DNA from: Planctomycetaceae bacterium | Lineage (GTDB): Bacteria; Planctomycetota; Planctomycetia; Planctomycetales; Planctomycetaceae | Assembly: GCA_037445755.1 (NCBI GenBank) | Contig: JBBIJW010000023.1 | Coordinates: 22,351-86,350 of the forward strand | DNA: 64,000 bases | Direction: 5' to 3' | Shown here: positions 11,459 to 20,091 of the stretch, in pieces | How the letters are laid out: every line of letters starts with the position of its first letter | How positions within the stretch are numbered: the first letter of the stretch is position 1 | Translations under genes and position numbers: made by a program | The notes under the pieces: model-generated | Database searches by the model: none | Told to the model about the DNA's origin: nothing | What the model saw: only the letters and a program-made list of their open reading frames with translations

Positions 11459-12640
11459 TCACTTCGCGAGCGAGAACAGGTTGGACAGGTTCTTCGGAGC
11501 CGCGGAGGGGAAGTACCCCGTGGCACCTTCCGCCGGCGGAGCCACCGCGTCACCGGCCGGCGGGGTGGCCGGGGCGCAGCAGTTCGGCGCACAGCAGTTC
11601 TGCGGGCAGCAGCAGGAGTTGCCGCAGCAACGACGAGCCCGGCTCCGGCGAACCTTGCAGCAATAACCGCTGCCGTTGTCACAGCAGTTCGTGCCGCAGC
11701 AGGTCACGCCGCACGCATTCCGGGTCCGGCAGCAGCGCCGGCCGCGACGGCAGTGCGACGGGCCGCAGCAGGGATCGGTGCAGCAGTTCTGCGGGCAGCA
11801 GCAGGCGTTCTCGCCGCAGCAGCCGCAGCACGCATACCGATGACCGCGGCAGCGACGGGAGCGGCGGCAGCACGCGCCGCTATTGCCGTCACAGCAGTTG
11901 GCATCGCAGCAGGTCACGCCGCACGCCTTCCGGGTCCGGCAGCAGCGCCGGCCGCGACGGCAGTGCGACGGGCCGCAGCAGGGATCGGTGCAGCCGTTCT
12001 GCGGGCAGCAGCAGGCGTTCTCGCCGCAGCAACCACAACCGGCATACCGGCAGCAGCGCCGGGCACGACGGCCACGGACGCAGCAGCAACCGCTGTCACA
12101 GCAGTTGGCGTCGCAGCAGGTCACGCCGCAGGCGTTCCGGCCCCGGCAGCGGCGGCCGCGACCGGAGTGCGTCGGGCAGCAGCAGGGATCGACGCAGCAG
12201 TTCTGCGGGCAGCAGCAGGCGTTCTCGCCGCAGCAACCGGCGTAACGGCAGCAGCGCCGGGCGCGACGGCCGCGGACGCAGCAGCTACCGCTGTCACAGC
12301 AGTTGGCATCGCAGCAGGTGACATTGCAGCCGTGCCGACCGCGGCAGCGGCGTCCGCCGTGCGACGGGCAGCCGCAGGGATCGACGCAGCAGTTCTGCGG
12401 GCAGCAGCAGGCCTGCGGGCAGGCGCAGCAATCGGGTTTCACACAACGGCAATGCCGGGCGCGGCGGCCGGTGTGGCAACAACCCCCGACGGGGGCGCAA
12501 CACGTTGACGGGGCACAGCAGGACGAAGCGTAGTCACAACACTTCGACCCGCCGCAAGGGTAGCAACACCCGGCGTCAGCCTCGAGGCTGAGCAGGCCGA
12601 GCAGCGCCACCACGGCGGCACAGACTCGAATCGACTTCAT
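11459..12640 (-). CDS. secreted hyper-Cys/Arg-rich tandem-repeat protein, unknown function
   Basis: ATG 12640 is preceded by SD GGAAGGAGA (12650-12658). Signal peptide MKSIRVCAAVVALLGLLSLEADA. About 104 Cys by hand count in CC/CCC clusters. The preferred Cys codon TGC on this strand would be the rare Ala codon GCA on the other. Confidence 0.8.
   Translation of the reverse strand: MKSIRVCAAVVALLGLLSLEADAGCCYPCGGSKCCDYASSCCAPSTCCAPVGGCCHTGRRARHCRCVKPDCCACPQACCCPQNCCVDPCGCPSHGGRRCRGRHGCNVTCCDANCCDSGSCCVRGRRARRCCRYAGCCGENACCCPQNCCVDPCCCPTHSGRGRRCRGRNACGVTCCDANCCDSGCCCVRGRRARRCCRYAGCGCCGENACCCPQNGCTDPCCGPSHCRRGRRCCRTRKACGVTCCDANCCDGNSGACCRRSRRCRGHRYACCGCCGENACCCPQNCCTDPCCGPSHCRRGRRCCRTRNACGVTCCGTNCCDNGSGYCCKVRRSRARRCCGNSCCCPQNCCAPNCCAPATPPAGDAVAPPAEGATGYFPSAAPKNLSNLFSLAK
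11680..12490. repeat. four in-frame tandem repeats (periods 210, 207, 198 bp) inside the Cys-rich CDS
   Basis: Units begin with cacagcagtt at 11680, 11890, 12097 and 12295. Units 1 and 2 are nearly identical over about 130 bp. Confidence 0.9.
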
Positions 12641-13309
12641 TTTACAGCGTCTCCTTCCTGTGGGACTGGTGAGGCCGTCCTCACCGCTGGGTCGAGCGGT
12701 TCTGACATCGCGACGAAACTGGCCCTCTCCTTGTTGTGCCATTCCGCCGTATGCTCAGGTGACGGCAACGGACATACACATCGGTGAGCGTTGAGTTTCT
12801 CCTCCTTGAAGAACCTCATCGTCGCCGCGGGGCACATCCGTCTCCGACGTTGTCCCCCGCTGGGAGCGGCTGTGTCCTCGGCAACGTAGGACGCGACCTG
12901 GACTGAGTTCGAGACCGGGGGACTCGCTTGAACTATCGGACCGACCCCGCCAGCCCCTTGAGCCTCTCAAGTCGTTATCTGAAAAGCGGTTGCCGCGTCC
13001 GGACGTGACGCCTTTAGCGACTGTTCCGGTCAGTTAAGACCGCGAAACTGTCCGGGCTTCCATCCACTCGTTCGACACCGAATCCCTCCCAGTCTGGGGA
13101 AGCTGGCTCGAACGCGGATCACTTCAACGATTGTGGCAATTGTGGCGATCGGCACTCCTGTGCCTGAGAGGGGCACCAGGCCGCCCCTGAGGAACAGAAC
13201 GGATCTCCCGATCGTGCCTCCGCGCCAAGGTCTGGCACACCAGCACGATCCGTCCTAAGCTGACGTCGATGCCCCTTCGACCGTTCCTGACCGATGGGCC
13301 TCGCCGCTC

Positions 13310-14071
13310 GTGGTAACCCCTCTGCCGACGCCATCCTCGCCCCATACCGACGTCTTCGCCATTGCGGCGGAGTTGGGGTTGATTCCCTCCGAGCAGGTGG
13401 AACGACTGCGGGAGGAGTGTGCGGCCACCGGTCAGGCTCCGGCTCAGTTCCTGGCTGATCGCGGCCTGCTGAGCGCCGTGGAGCTGGACATTGTGGAAAC
13501 GCAGGCCTCCACCACGGACGTCATCCCCGGCTATCGCATCCTGGGTTTGATTGGCAAGGGAGGGATGGGGGTCGTCTACCGGGCGGAGCAGCGGACCCTC
13601 GGCCGCGTGGTAGCCCTCAAGACCATTCTCGTCAGCCGCATGGCGGATCGGAGCATGCTCGATCGGTTTGCACTGGAAGCCCGCACGGTGGGACAGCTCC
13701 GGCATCCGAACATCATTGCCGCCCATGACTTCGGCCGGCACGGAGGACGGCTGTACCTGGCCATGGAACTCGTCGAGGGGACTGATCTCGACCACCAGCT
13801 CAAAGCTCAGGGGCCCCTCGACGAGTGGCTGGTGTGGGGATTGGCCCGGCAAGCGGCGGCGGGACTCGCCCATGCCGCACAGCACCGCGTCGTCCATCGC
13901 GACGTCAAACCCGCCAATCTGATGTTGGTGGAGCCTCCCGAAGGCTATCCCCTCCCTCCCGGCCTGCCGATGGTCAAAATCGCCGATTTCGGTTTGGCGC
14001 TGTTGCAGGCGGAACTGGGGGAGCGGACGCGGTTGACGGCCACCGACACCACCTTGGGAAGTCCACACTAA
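13310..14071 (+). CDS. Ser/Thr protein kinase, N-terminal fragment (ends at an in-frame TAA inside the catalytic domain)
   Basis: GTG start. Kinase subdomains GKGGMGVVY, VVALK, HRDVKPANLM and KIADFGLA are present. The fragment ends ...TLGSPH then TAA at 14069-14071. Confidence 0.75.
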   Translation: MVTPLPTPSSPHTDVFAIAAELGLIPSEQVERLREECAATGQAPAQFLADRGLLSAVELDIVETQASTTDVIPGYRILGLIGKGGMGVVYRAEQRTLGRVVALKTILVSRMADRSMLDRFALEARTVGQLRHPNIIAAHDFGRHGGRLYLAMELVEGTDLDHQLKAQGPLDEWLVWGLARQAAAGLAHAAQHRVVHRDVKPANLMLVEPPEGYPLPPGLPMVKIADFGLALLQAELGERTRLTATDTTLGSPH

Positions 14072-15283
14072 ATGGCCCCGGAACAGCTTGAAAGCAGCGA
14101 CGTCGACTTCCGGGCCGACATGTATGCCCTCGGAGCAACGGTCTTTCACGCGCTGGCGGGGCGTCCTCCCTTTGCCGAACTGAAACTCTCGCAGCTCATT
14201 GCTGCAAAACTGGGAGAGGGCCGCCCCCGACCCATCAGCGAATACCGGGAGCATCTGGAACCGGCCACCTGCGCGCTGGTCTCCCGGTTGATGGCTCGGC
14301 AACCAGAGGAGCGTCCCGGTTCCTATCCGGAATTGTTGAGCGAAATCGACGCCGTCCTCCATTCACTGCGGACCACGACGCTGCCGGTGCCGGCCGGGAT
14401 TCCCCCTCTCTCTCCGAGTCCCCCTCCCGGCGGGAGCGCCACCGACCAGTTCCCCGGCGGGGTGACGGCGCCTCAACCGGCCGGGGCTGCCGGAGCACCT
14501 CCGCGGCCACACGCGCGGCGCTGGATCATGTCCGGGATCGCGGTCGGGAGTGCCGTCCTGCTCCTCATCGCCGCCATCGCCTGGCGACCTCAGCGGCGGA
14601 ATCGTCCTGAAGCCGTCGTACCGCAGCGGGTGGCAGCCGCTTCCACCCGGACCGTCCTTTCGCTGCTGAATGGGGTCGACACCCGGGGGTGGCTCATCGG
14701 GCACGGAAACTGGGTGTATCGGCCGGAGGAAGCGGCCTTGGTGGGGACGGACGGCATCATCACGCGCCCCATCCCCTTGGAAGTCGCGGAATTGGAAGGC
14801 GCCGCCCCGGCGCAACCGTATCGCTGGTATCGACTCGAATTGATCTTGTTGCCTCTGGCTGCAAGTCCCGCGGAGGGGGAACGGCCTGAGGACAGCCTGG
14901 ACAGGCAGGGGGGGGAGCGTGCCGCGCACCATCGGTCGCAGGAACTGCACTTTGGCATGGAGAGCATTGACGGGACGGAGGATGCGCCCCGGTACGTGCT
15001 GAGACGATCGGAGAGCGAGCTGTCGCTCGGCACGCGCGAATCGCACCAAGCGCCGTTTGTCCTCCATGCCGGTGCTGATGCCCGCCCCACGGACCCCGCG
15101 CAGGCAATGGCCGTCACGCTGGAACGTCTGCCGAGCGGCTGGTTTGTGGACGTGAACGGAACGGCATTCGCGGCAGTTCCGCTTCGTCCGCAGGAGCGGC
15201 CGGCGTTCAGCCTCCGCGCGGAGGGGGATGTCCGCTTTGCCGAGATGGCCCTGCATCCGCTCCGGCCCCGAGACCCGGAGTGA
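14072..15283 (+). CDS. Ser/Thr protein kinase, C-terminal fragment (rest of catalytic domain, TM helix, DUF1080-like ectodomain)
   Basis: Begins MAPEQ immediately after the TAA, in the same frame. Contains DMYALGATVFH, the TM segment IAVGSAVLLLIAAIAW, and a LLNGVDTRGW ... VDVNGTAFAAVPL jelly-roll pattern. Confidence 0.7.
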   Translation: MAPEQLESSDVDFRADMYALGATVFHALAGRPPFAELKLSQLIAAKLGEGRPRPISEYREHLEPATCALVSRLMARQPEERPGSYPELLSEIDAVLHSLRTTTLPVPAGIPPLSPSPPPGGSATDQFPGGVTAPQPAGAAGAPPRPHARRWIMSGIAVGSAVLLLIAAIAWRPQRRNRPEAVVPQRVAAASTRTVLSLLNGVDTRGWLIGHGNWVYRPEEAALVGTDGIITRPIPLEVAELEGAAPAQPYRWYRLELILLPLAASPAEGERPEDSLDRQGGERAAHHRSQELHFGMESIDGTEDAPRYVLRRSESELSLGTRESHQAPFVLHAGADARPTDPAQAMAVTLERLPSGWFVDVNGTAFAAVPLRPQERPAFSLRAEGDVRFAEMALHPLRPRDPE

Positions 15284-15519
15284 TCGGTCCCGTGTCCGCT
15301 CTCCCGTCTGCGGATGTTCCCGGTCAGGGGGTCTGGTCCTCCCTCAGAGGGGGAAGCGCCAGGAACGGGATCGCCGTGATTGGCGAGGAGCCTTGCCGCC
15401 CCAAGTTCTGTCTGCGATGGTGCCCGTGTACGGCTGGTCGGCGGCCGACGGGGCCCCCCCGGAATCGTTGCCGCCGCACTGCATCCACGTCTGACCTTCA
15501 ACCTGTGACCTGTCCTGCC

Positions 15520-18500
15520 ATGTTCCAACGATTGGCCGTCTGCCTGGGACTCCTTGCGCTCGTTCCTAATGCCTGGGCAGAAGAGGGGAAGCCGCCCCCG
15601 CTCCGGGTTCTGCTCATCACCGGAGGATGCTGCCACGACTACACCGCGCAAAAAGCCATCCTGGCCGACGGTCTGCGGGAACGGGCGCATGTTGATGTGG
15701 ACGTCGTCCAGCAGGGGGGGACGGCGACCAGCTCGAAGATCGAGGTGTACAGTCGCGACGACTGGGCCGCAGGCTACGACGTCATCATCCATGACGAGTG
15801 TTTTTCGGACGTCAAAGACACCGCCTACGTCGATCGGATTCTGAAGCCGCATCGCGCAGGGACGCCGGCGGTCGTGCTGCACTGCGCCATGCATTGTTAC
15901 CGGGATGGTCGGGACGAGTGGTTCCGGTTCTGCGGCGTCACCTCCCGTCGGCACGGCGCCCATTACGCCCACGAGGTCCTCAACCGGGACGCTGCCCATC
16001 CGATCATGCAGAGTTTTCCGGCCGGCTGGGCCAATCCGGCCGGCGAACTGTACTGGATCGAGAAGGTCTGGGAGACGGCTCACCCCCTGGCGTCGGCCAA
16101 GAATCGCGAACTGGGGAACGAGGAGGTCTGCGTCTGGACGAATCAGTTCGGCCGGGCCCGCGTCTTCGGGACCACCTTGGGCCACCATAACGAAACGGTC
16201 AGCGACCCGGTGTACCTGGACCTGGTGACACGGGGGCTGCTGTGGGCCGCCGGCAAGCTCGATGATCCCCGCTATCTCAAGTCGCCGGACGGTTCTCCCC
16301 GGCGTGTGCCTGTCAACCTCGCCCGCGGCGCCTCGGCGACCGCCTCCAGCGAGGAGACCAACAAACACAATCTCATCCCCCATGCCCTCGACGGCAACAA
16401 GGCCACTCGCTGGTGTGCCTCCGACGGTTCCGCTCCGCAATGGTTCCAGATCGACCTGGGGGAATCGAAGTCGGTGAGCGGCTGCGAGATCACCTGGGAA
16501 TCCGATGGCACGCTGTATCGCCACGTGATGGAAGGCTCCACCGACGGCCAGACGTGGACGCGGCTGGTCGATCACTCCCGCGACGGCCGGAGCGGGACGC
16601 ACGCCGACCGCTTTGACCCCCGGCTCCTGCGGTTCGTTCGCCTGACATTTCTCGGTTCCAACACCGGCGGCTGGGCCAGCATCCGTGAGTTCCAACTCTT
16701 CGGAAAGGAGACGGTCGAGGTCGATCCGGAGTCGGAGCGCCGGCAGCGAGAGCAGGAGTTCCTGGCGGACGTCTCCGTCCCGGAGGGCTTCGAGGTCACC
16801 CTGTTCGCCACGCCGCCGGCAGTGCAGTACCCGGTGTTCGTGGCCGCCGCTCCGGACGGAACGTGTTACGTCTCCGTCGACAAGAACGGCTCCCTCGATC
16901 GCGAGCCGCACCGCGGCGCGATCTATCGACTGCGGGACCTCAACGGCGACGGCCGCGCCGATGAAGTCCGCTTGTTTGTGCCGGACGTCGATTCTCCCCG
17001 CGGCATCGTCTGGGACCACGACCGGCTGTACGTGCTGCATCCGCCGCACCTGTCCGCCTTCATCGACCGGGACGGCGACGGCATCGCCGACGACCAGCAG
17101 GTGCTCGTGCGGAACATCGCCTTCGGCTTCCAGGACCGGCCCGCCGACCACACCTCGAACGGCGTCACGCTCGGCATCGACGGCTGGTTGTACCTGGCCA
17201 TCGGCGACTTCGGCTTTCTGGATGCGGAAGGGGCGGATGGCACCCGGTTGCAATTCCGCGGGGGCGGCGTGGTGCGCGTGCGGCCCGATGGGACCGGCCT
17301 GGAGGTCTACTCCCGCGGCACACGCAACATCCTCGAAGTCGCTCTCGACCCATTCCTCAATGGTTTTGCACGCGACAACACCAACGACGGCGGCGGCTGG
17401 GACGTGCGACTGCATCACTTCACTCCCTTCAGTCAGCACGGCTACCCCGCGCTGTTCATGAACTTTGCAGACCAGATCGTCCCTCCACTGGCCGATTACG
17501 GGGGTGGTTCCGGCTGCGGTGCACTGTTCCTCGATGAACCGGGATTGCCCGACGGCTACAGCCCTGCCCTCTACACCGCCGACTGGGGACGTAATGCCAT
17601 CTACCGGCACCGGCTGACGCCCCACGGTGCGACCTTCACGCCAGACCAGACGGAGTTTGTCCGCGCCACGCGAGTCACCGATCTGGACGTCGATGCCCTC
17701 AGCCGCCTGTACGTCGCCAGTTGGAAGGGGGCGACGTTCACTTACGCCGGGGAAGAGGTCGGCTATCTCGTCCGCATCACTCCCCGGGGATTCTCACCAG
17801 CGCCCTTGCCCGACTTTGAACACTGCTCCGACGTCGAGCTGGTGCAACTGCTGAAGTCCCCCAGTCATCGACGGCGACTGGAGGCACAACGGGCGTTGCT
17901 GCGACACGGATTGAACGAGACCGCCATCGCCGCTTTGCTGACGCTGGCGGGAGATTCCACGCAGCCGCTCGCCTCGCGGGTGGCGGCGCTGTTCGCCCTC
18001 AAGCAAGGGATGCGCTCGGGATTTGACGAGCGGGCGGCTCCCCTGGGTCTGCGTGACGCGGCGTTGCGCCCCTTTGTCAGCCGCGCGCTGGGAGACCGGC
18101 GCGGCGTCGGCACACCGTGGGATGCGGAACCTCCTCCGCGCGACGCCGCTCCCGCCCTCGTCGATCCCGTGGCGATCGGACTGGTGGACGACAACCCCCG
18201 CGCGCGGCTGGAGTCGGTCGTTGCCATCGCGCGGCTGCAACTCATCGATCTCGGTGGCGAAGTCGCCAAGCTGCTGGCGGATCCCGACCCCCGGGTGGCG
18301 CACACGGTGGTGCAGGCACTCATCGCCCTGAGGGCTCCAGAGCCGTGTCTGGCCATTGTGGACGAAGCCGGCCTGACCGGCCCCAAACGTGACGCGGCCT
18401 TGCGCGTTTTGCAGTCGCTGCACACCCCCGATGTCGTGGAAGCATTGCTGCTGCGGCTGCGTCACGAGCCCGATCCGTCACGCCGCCGCGGACTGCTGAC

Positions 18501-19806
18501 CGCCCTCTGCCGCTTGTATCACACCGACGGGGAGTGGTCGGGGAACAGTTGGGGGACGCGGCCGGATACTTCGGGACCGTACTATCAGCCGGCAACATGG
18601 AGTGAATCGAACAAGATTGCCGCCGCCTTGCAAACTGCTCTGGAGGGAGCGGATGCCGACGAGACAGCGTTCCTGCTCACGGAACTGCACCGGCACAAGG
18701 TGCAGCTCGACGGGACGCTGGATCGCGCACTCACTCTGGCGGAGCGAGATGCGCAGCAGCTACCGACGGCGATTCGCGCACTGAGCCGCGCTTCCCTCCT
18801 TCCGTCCCGGGCAGTTCCGCTGCTGCGGCGTGTGGCCGGCGATCAGAAGGCCGATGTCGTGCTCCGTGCGGAGGCGGCCCAGACACTCCTCCGCACCGGG
18901 GACGACGCCGATTTTGCCATCGCCTTCGGAGCGTGGGTGAGCCTCGCCGAGCACAGGACCGGACAGCGGGCGGTCGAGGAACTTTGGAATCGACTCCGCA
19001 ACCCCAAAGTGCTGGGAGGGCGGGTGGGCTACCTCGTCGAGCAGGCGGTCCGGGGCGAGTCCGGCGGCCGCTGGGCAGACGCCGCGCTCCTCACGCTCGC
19101 TTATCACGCGGAGACCTCGCCGGAGTCGCGCGAACTGGCGCAGCAGGCGATGGCGGCCGGTTGGACATCTCCCGCCCGGCGGGTGCAGCTCCTGGAGGCG
19201 GCGCAGGCGATTGACCTCCGCGATTTTGAGCCGCGTGTCCGCGAAGCGCTCCGCGATGCCGATGCGACAGTGGCGGCAACGGCCCGGCGAGTGGCGGAGG
19301 CCTGGAAGCTCCCCGCGGAGTCGACCCCCCTCGGTCCGCGCATCAAGGACCTCCCGCGCGATCGCGTCCAGGGAGAAGCTGTGGCCGGGCGCGGCGACGT
19401 CGCCTGGGGGAAGCACCTGTATGAGCGGGTGGGATGCAGCAAATGCCACACCGTCCGCAAGGATGAACCTCTCCGCGGACCGTACCTCCCCCAGGTGGCC
19501 AAGACCTACAAGCGCGAACAACTGGCCGAGGCGATCCTCGACCCCAACAAGAGCATCGCTCAGGGATTTGTGACGCAGGTGTTCGTGCTGGACGACGGGA
19601 CGCAGGTGGTGGGCTTCGTCACTGCGGAGAACGCCGAGCAGATCACCCTCCGCGATCGCGACGCCAAGGAGATCACCCTCGCCGTCGAGCGGATCGAAGC
19701 CCGGACGAAGCAGCAGATTTCCCTGATGCCCGAAGGGCAGGTGAACGAACTGACCGTCAGCGATCTGTCCAGCTTGTTGGACTACCTGCAATCGATCGCC
19801 GAATAA
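15520..19806 (+). CDS. multidomain secreted protein: ThuA-like + F5/8 type C (discoidin) + PVC-type dehydrogenase-like beta-propeller + HEAT repeats + cytochrome c
   Basis: ATG 15520 with signal peptide MFQRLAVCLGLLALVPNAWA. ThuA pattern LRVLLITGGCCHDY. Discoidin pattern ALDGNKATRWCAS...IREFQLFG. PEGFEVTLFATPP module. Heme motif CSKCH at 19435-19449. Confidence 0.85.
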   Translation: MFQRLAVCLGLLALVPNAWAEEGKPPPLRVLLITGGCCHDYTAQKAILADGLRERAHVDVDVVQQGGTATSSKIEVYSRDDWAAGYDVIIHDECFSDVKDTAYVDRILKPHRAGTPAVVLHCAMHCYRDGRDEWFRFCGVTSRRHGAHYAHEVLNRDAAHPIMQSFPAGWANPAGELYWIEKVWETAHPLASAKNRELGNEEVCVWTNQFGRARVFGTTLGHHNETVSDPVYLDLVTRGLLWAAGKLDDPRYLKSPDGSPRRVPVNLARGASATASSEETNKHNLIPHALDGNKATRWCASDGSAPQWFQIDLGESKSVSGCEITWESDGTLYRHVMEGSTDGQTWTRLVDHSRDGRSGTHADRFDPRLLRFVRLTFLGSNTGGWASIREFQLFGKETVEVDPESERRQREQEFLADVSVPEGFEVTLFATPPAVQYPVFVAAAPDGTCYVSVDKNGSLDREPHRGAIYRLRDLNGDGRADEVRLFVPDVDSPRGIVWDHDRLYVLHPPHLSAFIDRDGDGIADDQQVLVRNIAFGFQDRPADHTSNGVTLGIDGWLYLAIGDFGFLDAEGADGTRLQFRGGGVVRVRPDGTGLEVYSRGTRNILEVALDPFLNGFARDNTNDGGGWDVRLHHFTPFSQHGYPALFMNFADQIVPPLADYGGGSGCGALFLDEPGLPDGYSPALYTADWGRNAIYRHRLTPHGATFTPDQTEFVRATRVTDLDVDALSRLYVASWKGATFTYAGEEVGYLVRITPRGFSPAPLPDFEHCSDVELVQLLKSPSHRRRLEAQRALLRHGLNETAIAALLTLAGDSTQPLASRVAALFALKQGMRSGFDERAAPLGLRDAALRPFVSRALGDRRGVGTPWDAEPPPRDAAPALVDPVAIGLVDDNPRARLESVVAIARLQLIDLGGEVAKLLADPDPRVAHTVVQALIALRAPEPCLAIVDEAGLTGPKRDAALRVLQSLHTPDVVEALLLRLRHEPDPSRRRGLLTALCRLYHTDGEWSGNSWGTRPDTSGPYYQPATWSESNKIAAALQTALEGADADETAFLLTELHRHKVQLDGTLDRALTLAERDAQQLPTAIRALSRASLLPSRAVPLLRRVAGDQKADVVLRAEAAQTLLRTGDDADFAIAFGAWVSLAEHRTGQRAVEELWNRLRNPKVLGGRVGYLVEQAVRGESGGRWADAALLTLAYHAETSPESRELAQQAMAAGWTSPARRVQLLEAAQAIDLRDFEPRVREALRDADATVAATARRVAEAWKLPAESTPLGPRIKDLPRDRVQGEAVAGRGDVAWGKHLYERVGCSKCHTVRKDEPLRGPYLPQVAKTYKREQLAEAILDPNKSIAQGFVTQVFVLDDGTQVVGFVTAENAEQITLRDRDAKEITLAVERIEARTKQQISLMPEGQVNELTVSDLSSLLDYLQSIAE

Positions 19807-20091
19807 CCGCCGCAGGGAGATGCTTCCCGGCACCATCGTCTCCGCTGCGCGAGGCGATCGGCGGATGTTCCCTTTCTGGGCCACGTTTCCCTGACCCTCC
19901 CGCAGCGGGCCTCGACGCATTGACGAACCGTCGGCCGCTTGGGATGTTCCCTAGGGGCAATCCACCGCCGCGGGCGATCGGGGCCGATTGTCATGGGCGC
20001 CTCTCGATGTTCCTGAGGACCTGCGACATTGACGGCGACCACCGCTCTTTCGTACTTCGCATCGAGGTCACTTCTCCCTCACTGCTCCGCC

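Noticed and set aside
11423-12508. A 361-aa Ala-rich plus-strand ORF, with Gln-rich and Leu/Pro/Arg-rich ORFs in other frames, covering the same repeats as the Cys-rich gene.
   Set aside because: These are mirror products of TGC-rich coding DNA, because revcomp TGCTGC = GCAGCA reads as Ala-Ala, Gln-Gln or Ser-Ser. Only the minus frame has an ATG with a strong SD, a signal peptide and host-preferred codons. GCA is a disfavoured Ala codon in such GC-rich genomes.
14069-14071. Possible recoding (selenocysteine or pyrrolysine) or programmed read-through at the kinase stop.
   Set aside because: The codon is TAA, not TGA or TAG. The position corresponds to a conserved Tyr, so a point mutation or sequencing error is the simpler explanation.
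14590-17625. A 1011-aa minus-strand ORF. Similar long ORFs are 111..1880(-), 5242..6870(-), 23974..26418(+), 42649..44829(+), 45886..47964(+), 50409..52313(-), 38916..40043(-) and 58205..59125(-).
   Set aside because: All of these lie antisense to, or out of frame with, genes that carry clear family motifs. They have Arg/Pro/Gly/His-rich low-complexity composition and no recognisable domains. They are typical stop-poor shadow ORFs of high-GC DNA.
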